DNA of 64,000 nucleotides from Minisyncoccota bacterium (GTDB lineage: Bacteria > Patescibacteriota > Minisyncoccia > Phycocordibacterales > UBA9973): the NCBI GenBank assembly GCA_035994985.1, contig DASYKZ010000013.1, positions 1,834 to 65,833 on the forward strand. Direction: 5' to 3'. How positions within the stretch are numbered: position 1 is the first letter of the stretch; each line of letters starts with the position of its first letter. The translations under genes were made by a program, and so were the position numbers. The notes under the pieces are model-generated. The model did not search any database. It saw nothing but the letters and a program-made list of their open reading frames with translations, and had not been told where the DNA came from. Shown here in pieces: positions 58,270 to 64,000 of this stretch.

Positions 58270-60752
58270 GAAAAATTACTAAATCAAATTCCAATGAGGA
58301 TAGTCATAGCGAAGAGGCGCCAAAAGATTCCATTCTGCAGGTAGACGTCGTCGCAGAAATGAAAGAATCGTATCTGGCATACGCCATGTCAGTTATTACT
58401 GCGCGCGCGCTGCCAGACGTCCGGGACGGGCTCAAGCCGGTGCACCGCAGGATTCTTTTTGCAATGGGAGAAATGGGGCTGACGTATTCATCGCGTTTTC
58501 GTAAATCAGCCACAGTAGTCGGAGATGTACTAGGCAAATACCATCCGCACGGAGACGTAGCTGTGTATGACTCTATGGTAGGCATGGCGCAGGAGTTTTC
58601 TTTCCGCTACCCATTTATTTTAGGACAGGGAAACTTTGGCTCTATCGACGGAGATAGTGCCGCGGCAATGCGTTATACCGAGGCAAAAATGTCTAAGATT
58701 TCAGCCGAACTCATGAGAGACCTTGAAAAAGAAACTGTAGACTTTCGTCCAAACTATGACGGCACGCGAAAAGAGCCGATTGTATTTCCGGCGAGCGTAC
58801 CAGCGCTTCTTTTAAACGGAACCCTCGGCATTGCCGTCGGCATGGCCACAAATATCCCTCCGCACAATCTGGGCGAAGTGCTGGACGCTACTATGCACCT
58901 GATTGAAAACGAAGATGCCACTACTGATGATTTGATGCAATTTATAAAAGGTCCGGACTTTCCGGTCGGCGGCATAGCCTACGGTTCCAAAGATATGCTT
59001 CATGCGTACTCATCCGGACGGGGAGGAGTGGTGACCAGAGGCGAAGCAAATATTACCGAAGATAAAAATGGCAATCCGCAAATCATCATTACCAGCATTC
59101 CTTTCCGGGTAAACAAGGCGAATTTAATTATAGCGATAGCCGAGCTGGTGCAAGAAAAAAAGCTTGATGGTATCAAAGGGTTGCGTGATGAATCCACGAG
59201 AGATATCCGCATAGCCATAGATTTAAAAAATACCGCTCATCCAGAAAAAGTTTTGAATTATATTTACAAAAATACCCAGCTGGAGCAAAATTTCAATTTC
59301 AATATGGTGGCGCTCGTAGACGGCGTGCCGCAAACCCTTTCCCTGAAATCCATCTTGGAGCAATTCATCTTGCACAGAAAAGACGTAGTGAAGCGGAGAA
59401 GCGCGTACGACCTCCGCAAGGCCGAAGAGCGCGAGCATATACTCCTCGGTCTCAAGAAAGCGCTTGATAAAATCGATAAAGTCATCAGCATTATCCGGGC
59501 TTCTAAAAATTCACAGGTGGCAAAGGTAAATCTTATAAAAGAATTCAAGTTCTCAGATTTGCAGGCTGCGGCTATCTTGGAGATGAAGCTGTCCAAGCTA
59601 GCTGGACTTGAGAGGAAAGCCGTGGAAGATGAACTCAAAGAAAAGCAGAATTTTATAGCCGAGATGAAAGCCATACTGGCGAGCCCTAAAAAAATCCTAA
59701 AAATAATCAATGATGAAATAAAAGAAATCCGCGACAAATACAGCGATGAGCGGCGCACTAGAATAGTCAAAGGCGGAGTCAAAGAAATTTCCGATGAAGA
59801 CCTTATACCCGAAAAAGAAACCATGCTCGTGCTCACCGCTGGAGGATATGTAAAATGCACCGACCCAAAAGAATATAAAGCCCAGAAGCGCGGCGGAGTA
59901 GGGGTAATCGACCTTGAAACAAAAGAGGAAGACTTTGTGACTATGCTTGTCTCCGGCTCGACGCACGACAATCTATTATTCTTTACAAATAAAGGAAAAG
60001 CATATCAGATGAGAATGTACGATATTCCGGAAGGACGGCGCGCCACAAAAGGCAAGTCTATCATGAATTTCCTGTCTCTCTCTGCTGACGAAAAAGTTAC
60101 TTCAATTTTAGCAATGCCCAAAAAGAAGGAAGAGATGGCTTCATCGCTTATGTTAGTCACAAAACACGGTACAGCTAAAAAAATGGCTACAGTTTCTTTT
60201 CAAGACGTGCGCCAGAGCGGGATTATCGCCATCCGGCTCGACAAAGGAGACCAGCTGATATCTGCCTTAGCTATAAACAAAGGCGACGAAGTCATGATTG
60301 CCACAGGCGACGGACAATCCATCAGATTCAAAGAATCGGATGTACGGGAAATGGGCCGGACAGCAGGCGGAGTGACGGGCATAAAACTAAAAAAGGGAGA
60401 TGAAGTTATCGGCGTAGATGCAATAAGAAAAAAGCAAGAAAACTATGAAAAGGCGGCATTCTTGACCATGAGTGCGAACGGTTTTGGTAAAAAAACTGCT
60501 CTTAAAGAATACAAAGTTCAAAAGCGCGGAGGCTCGGGCATCAAGACCGCAAAAGTGACTCCAAAAACTGGCAAGCTTATCGTGGCGAAAGTATTAGGAG
60601 GCGAAGAAGAGGAACTTATAGCCATGTCTAAGAAAGGCCAAGTCATCCGCACTGCCCTCAAAGACATTCCAAACCTAGGACGCCAAACCCAAGGGGTGAC
60701 CATCATGCGCCTCCGCGACGGCGACGGCATTGCCTCGCTGGCCTGTATTTAA
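58263..60752 (+). CDS. gyrA: DNA gyrase subunit A
   Basis: [31 protein letters not shown], catalytic Tyr region, GyrA-box-like QKRGGVG, C-terminal propeller repeats. Confidence 0.9.
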   Translation: MVRKITKSNSNEDSHSEEAPKDSILQVDVVAEMKESYLAYAMSVITARALPDVRDGLKPVHRRILFAMGEMGLTYSSRFRKSATVVGDVLGKYHPHGDVAVYDSMVGMAQEFSFRYPFILGQGNFGSIDGDSAAAMRYTEAKMSKISAELMRDLEKETVDFRPNYDGTRKEPIVFPASVPALLLNGTLGIAVGMATNIPPHNLGEVLDATMHLIENEDATTDDLMQFIKGPDFPVGGIAYGSKDMLHAYSSGRGGVVTRGEANITEDKNGNPQIIITSIPFRVNKANLIIAIAELVQEKKLDGIKGLRDESTRDIRIAIDLKNTAHPEKVLNYIYKNTQLEQNFNFNMVALVDGVPQTLSLKSILEQFILHRKDVVKRRSAYDLRKAEEREHILLGLKKALDKIDKVISIIRASKNSQVAKVNLIKEFKFSDLQAAAILEMKLSKLAGLERKAVEDELKEKQNFIAEMKAILASPKKILKIINDEIKEIRDKYSDERRTRIVKGGVKEISDEDLIPEKETMLVLTAGGYVKCTDPKEYKAQKRGGVGVIDLETKEEDFVTMLVSGSTHDNLLFFTNKGKAYQMRMYDIPEGRRATKGKSIMNFLSLSADEKVTSILAMPKKKEEMASSLMLVTKHGTAKKMATVSFQDVRQSGIIAIRLDKGDQLISALAINKGDEVMIATGDGQSIRFKESDVREMGRTAGGVTGIKLKKGDEVIGVDAIRKKQENYEKAAFLTMSANGFGKKTALKEYKVQKRGGSGIKTAKVTPKTGKLIVAKVLGGEEEELIAMSKKGQVIRTALKDIPNLGRQTQGVTIMRLRDGDGIASLACI

Positions 60753-60768
60753 TGTTACAATATAAAAT

Positions 60769-61305
60769 ATGTTTACCGATCCGGTAAAAAACTTAAAAGC
60801 TTTCGGTTTACGGGAAGACAATATTGTTGCGGACTTGGGCGCGGGGACGGGGTATTATACTCTCCCTGCCGGAGCTATTGTATCCAAAGGAAAAGTGTAT
60901 GCAGTGGAAATAACTAAAGATTTTTTGACTACTATTAAAAACAAGGTAGAGGAAGCTCATTTAAACAATGTAGAAATTTTATGGGGCAATGTCGAGGTAA
61001 TCGGCGGCACGCGCATAGGAGATGGTATTCTGGATGCTGTCATCGCTTCCAATATCCTTTTTCAAGTAGAAGACAAGAGTAATTTTATTGAAGAAATCAG
61101 AAGAATATTAAAGCCTCATGGCAAGGTGCTGGTCATTGACTGGACAGTGGATTCCGAAGGGGATTCTGCGGCTATATCACTCAAGGGAGCGTTGCCGAAA
61201 GAAAGAGCTTTTGAAATGTTTGAAAAGAAAGGCTTTGCTTTAGACCGTGACATTGATGCAGGTGCGCATCATTATGGTATGATATTAGTGAAAACCAATG
61301 AGTGA
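60769..61305 (+). CDS. class I SAM-dependent methyltransferase
   Basis: Motif I VADLGAGTGYYTL; TACAAT 7 nt upstream of ATG. Confidence 0.7.
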   Translation: MFTDPVKNLKAFGLREDNIVADLGAGTGYYTLPAGAIVSKGKVYAVEITKDFLTTIKNKVEEAHLNNVEILWGNVEVIGGTRIGDGILDAVIASNILFQVEDKSNFIEEIRRILKPHGKVLVIDWTVDSEGDSAAISLKGALPKERAFEMFEKKGFALDRDIDAGAHHYGMILVKTNE

Positions 61306-61425
61306 AACAAATATGGTTTTCCTAACCCCGCACATAATAGCTTTTAATTAAAGTGTCCATATTATTTTATAAATTATGTGCGGGGTGATGATTTTAATAC
61401 TCATTTCATTCGTTAAAAATCAATC

Positions 61426-62721
61426 ATGAAAGGAACCTTCCAACTCATTCTAATAATTATATTCATCGCCGGGGCTATCTTTGGCGTGCTGGTTTTTTCA
61501 GGCGCTATACCTTTGGGCGGCGGCAGCGAGAACACCGCCACGGGTACAGTCGTACTGTGGGGAACTACGAGTTCCGCAGTCATGTCGCCTATTCTTGAAG
61601 AATTTAATAAAGCCAATAAAACATTTTCCGTAAGTTATGAACAGAAATCAGCGGATAGCTTTGACCAGAATTTACTGGAAGCCTTAGCTTCGGGCGCGGG
61701 TCCTGATATGTTTTTCTTGCCGGATAACTTGGCTTTTCATTATTCCAATAAAATTTTTCCGATACCGTATACCAGCTACCCGCTTGTCACTTTCAAAAAT
61801 ACGTTTGCCGGAGCCGGGGAGGTATTTCTGACTTCCGGCGGTATTCTAGCTTTTCCCATAACCATTGACCCGCTTATGTTGTATTACAACAGGAGCATGC
61901 TCGATTCAAATTCAATTATCTATCCGCCTAAAACATGGAATGAATTAGCCACCCAGGCCCAATTACTTACAAAAAAAGACGGAACAAATAAAATAATAAA
62001 AAGCGCTGTAGGGCTTGGTGATTTTTCAAATGTCGCTCATGCCAAAGATATACTTGTGGCTATGTTCATGCAGGCAGGCAATCCTATCGTGACAGCAAAA
62101 AATGAATCTCTTAGTTCTTCTTTGGACGACTTTATAAGCGGGGAAGTTGATCTCGGTTCTATTTTACAATACTATATTTCGTTTGCCGACCCGGCAAGTC
62201 CGATGTATTCATGGAATAAATCTTTTCCAAATTCCACTAATGCGTTTAGCTCTGAGGACGCGGCTTTTTATTTCGGCTTTGCTTCAGAATTTCAGTTTTT
62301 AGTAAACAGAAACCCAAATCAAAATTTGGGAGTAGCTCCGATACCGCAGCTGGGAGATGCATCTTCCAAGTTGACTGCCGGCCGAGTTACCGGGCTGGCC
62401 ATCTCCAGCGCTACTAAAAATCTGGCTACTGCGTTTACCGCAGCTAGCTTGATTGCTACAGGTAACTTTGCCTCAAAACTTTCAAATGCTCTGGCTACTC
62501 CTCCGGCGAGGCGGGATTTGCTTGCTGCTAAACCCGGCGATAGCTACTCTCCTATTTTTTATGATTCCGCACTGTACGGCAAAAGCTGGCTTGATCCGTC
62601 CCCTGACGGAACAAACAATATTTTCCGGACCATGGTGGAGTCCACCCTTTCAAACAACAGGACGGCGAGCGACGCTGTGGATGACGCTAGTTCCAAATTA
62701 GACCTTTTATTGTTAAGATAA
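61426..62721 (+). CDS. ABC transporter substrate-binding protein, family 1 (sugar-type), membrane anchored, orphan
   Basis: SBP_bac_1-like N-lobe (VVLWGTTSSAVMSPILEEFNK...DMFFLPDN). Confidence 0.65.
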   Translation: MKGTFQLILIIIFIAGAIFGVLVFSGAIPLGGGSENTATGTVVLWGTTSSAVMSPILEEFNKANKTFSVSYEQKSADSFDQNLLEALASGAGPDMFFLPDNLAFHYSNKIFPIPYTSYPLVTFKNTFAGAGEVFLTSGGILAFPITIDPLMLYYNRSMLDSNSIIYPPKTWNELATQAQLLTKKDGTNKIIKSAVGLGDFSNVAHAKDILVAMFMQAGNPIVTAKNESLSSSLDDFISGEVDLGSILQYYISFADPASPMYSWNKSFPNSTNAFSSEDAAFYFGFASEFQFLVNRNPNQNLGVAPIPQLGDASSKLTAGRVTGLAISSATKNLATAFTAASLIATGNFASKLSNALATPPARRDLLAAKPGDSYSPIFYDSALYGKSWLDPSPDGTNNIFRTMVESTLSNNRTASDAVDDASSKLDLLLLR

Positions 62722-62725
62722 ACAT

Positions 62726-63256
62726 ATGAGCAAAACTACAAAATTTTTAATTTCTTCCGCAGGTTCTCTCTCAATACTCATTATGCTTGTCATGCCTGCT
62801 TTATCTTTTGCACAAGTGCCGAAAGGGATACAAATAGAAAATGGAGTAACCGGCGGATTGGTTCCTTGTGGCAGAGCCGTGACTTCAAGCGCTAAAAAAG
62901 GGGATGTAGTGGGAACCACTGCTCCTGGCACTAACGGTGAAAATGAAAATGTTGTAGCCAAGGTTGATACAGGCTCAGTAGTTAAAAACCCATGCGGCTT
63001 TGACGATGCCATAACACTCGTGAATAATATCATCAGCTATATACTTTTTTATCTGGCTATTCCCATCGTGGCGATAATGTTTGTGTACGCAGGCGTCCTT
63101 CTGGTGACTTCGGGCGGGGATACGGGAGCAAGGACAAAGGCCAAGAGTGCTTTCCTAAACGCGGCTATCGGCCTTATTTTAGCTTTCGGCTCGTATATTA
63201 TCATTAAACTCATTTTGCATACACTCGGTTACAACGGGGCTTGGATTGGTTTTTAA
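62726..63256 (+). CDS. TrbC/VirB2-like pilin-type small secreted membrane protein (paralog 1)
   Basis: Signal peptide, hydrophilic region, then two hydrophobic helices separated by short Gly loop (VYAGVLLVTSGGD...AAIGLILAFGSYIII). Confidence 0.4.
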   Translation: MSKTTKFLISSAGSLSILIMLVMPALSFAQVPKGIQIENGVTGGLVPCGRAVTSSAKKGDVVGTTAPGTNGENENVVAKVDTGSVVKNPCGFDDAITLVNNIISYILFYLAIPIVAIMFVYAGVLLVTSGGDTGARTKAKSAFLNAAIGLILAFGSYIIIKLILHTLGYNGAWIGF

Positions 63257-63280
63257 ATTACTTATTGATATAATATAAAC

Positions 63281-63832
63281 ATGAAATTTTTTAAGAAAAA
63301 TATAGCTATGAGCTTATCATCAATATTCATTATGGTAGTTGTATTATTCAGTCCCGTAGTAAAAATTAATGCGCAATCACAATTTCAACCATGTGTTTAC
63401 AACTCTCAAGGTAATGCTATAAATAATCCGTGTGGTTTATTATATCCAAACTCACAAACACCACCAACACAACCCGTCGGCACTACTCCAGCAGAACAGC
63501 CTGTTGGCACCACTCCTAGTGAACAACCCGTCGGCACTACTCCTTCCGGCTCCGCCAGCAATAGCGACGGTAAAATTCATAACCCGCTTGGAGCTACAAA
63601 CTCAATACCTGATTTAATTAAAAATGCTTTAGAGGATGTGCTCAAAATATGTATACCCGTCGTTGCTCTGGCCATTATTTATTGCGGTTTTCTTTTTGTC
63701 TTTGCCATGGGCAATCCTGAAAAATTAAAAAAAGCCAAAGATGCCCTCTTATACACCGTGATAGGTGCAGCCATACTTTTGGGAGCTTTGGCTATAGCCG
63801 ATATTATAGTGACCACTGTGCAGGGACTTTAA
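63281..63832 (+). CDS. TrbC/VirB2-like pilin-type small secreted membrane protein (paralog 2) with QPVGTTP x3 repeat
   Basis: Same architecture; IPVVALAIIYCGFLFVFAMGNPEKLKKAKDALLYTVIGAAILLGALAIA. Confidence 0.4.
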   Translation: MKFFKKNIAMSLSSIFIMVVVLFSPVVKINAQSQFQPCVYNSQGNAINNPCGLLYPNSQTPPTQPVGTTPAEQPVGTTPSEQPVGTTPSGSASNSDGKIHNPLGATNSIPDLIKNALEDVLKICIPVVALAIIYCGFLFVFAMGNPEKLKKAKDALLYTVIGAAILLGALAIADIIVTTVQGL

Positions 63833-63857
63833 TGACGACTTTAATTAAAAGAACATT

Positions 63858-64000
63858 ATGACAGCTTTAGTAACCACAGTTCACAACATCTTAAATGCCG
63901 TTATTCCGGTCATGATATCTTTAGGCGTCGTCTATTTCGTCTGGGGCGTAGTGCAGTACGTCATTGCCGATGCTGAAGAAGCGAAGAAAACCGGCAAAGA
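63858..64000 (+). CDS. TrbC/VirB2-like paralog 3, 3'-partial at window end
   Basis: MTALVTTVHNILNAVIPVMISLGVVYFVWGVVQYVIADAEEAKKTGK matches hydrophobic core of the two upstream paralogs. Confidence 0.35.
   Translation, partial: MTALVTTVHNILNAVIPVMISLGVVYFVWGVVQYVIADAEEAKKTGK

Overview
This 64-kb window looks like a small-genome, free-standing bacterial chromosome segment (about 45% GC, dense + / - gene blocks). From sequence alone it is consistent with a CPR/Patescibacteria-like organism: divergent 16S, unlinked 16S, a degenerate Ddl, and many small membrane proteins. Core content includes an ECF sigma/anti-sigma pair, an ABC exporter, a cell-envelope redox cluster (cupredoxin, DgkA, thioredoxin-like + DsbB-like, cyclophilin) and metal transporters (half-size UPF0016, MntH/Nramp, VIT1). 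It also includes class I ribonucleotide reductase (nrdA-nrdB), RNase J, SecG, a deoxyhypusine-synthase-like protein, a matrixin-like protease, an unlinked 16S rRNA gene with its own promoter, processing stem and terminator, SecA with a NUDIX/SEC-C protein and CsaA-like tRNA-binding protein, RadC, murE-murD-(NUDIX-hydrolase fusion)-murC, ribosomal protein S1, a J-domain repeat protein, GyrA, and tandem TrbC/VirB2-like small secreted proteins at the window end. The two most notable observations are as follows. (1) The 16S rRNA 3' tail after helix 45 lacks the CCUCC anti-Shine-Dalgarno, and many genes have a -10 box only 6-8 nt upstream of the ATG with no SD, i.e. apparently leaderless initiation. 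(2) An AT-rich island (about 28.3-35.0 kb) carries two putative Type II restriction-modification modules: an HTH-fused beta-class MTase convergent with a 208-aa unknown, and a fused tandem Dam-like MTase followed by an HNH endonuclease. The island also carries an uncharacterised wHTH-GHKL ATPase-STAS-like fusion protein and a truncated YgjP/DUF45 gene at its border. No CRISPR array, tRNA, 23S/5S or transposase was seen.
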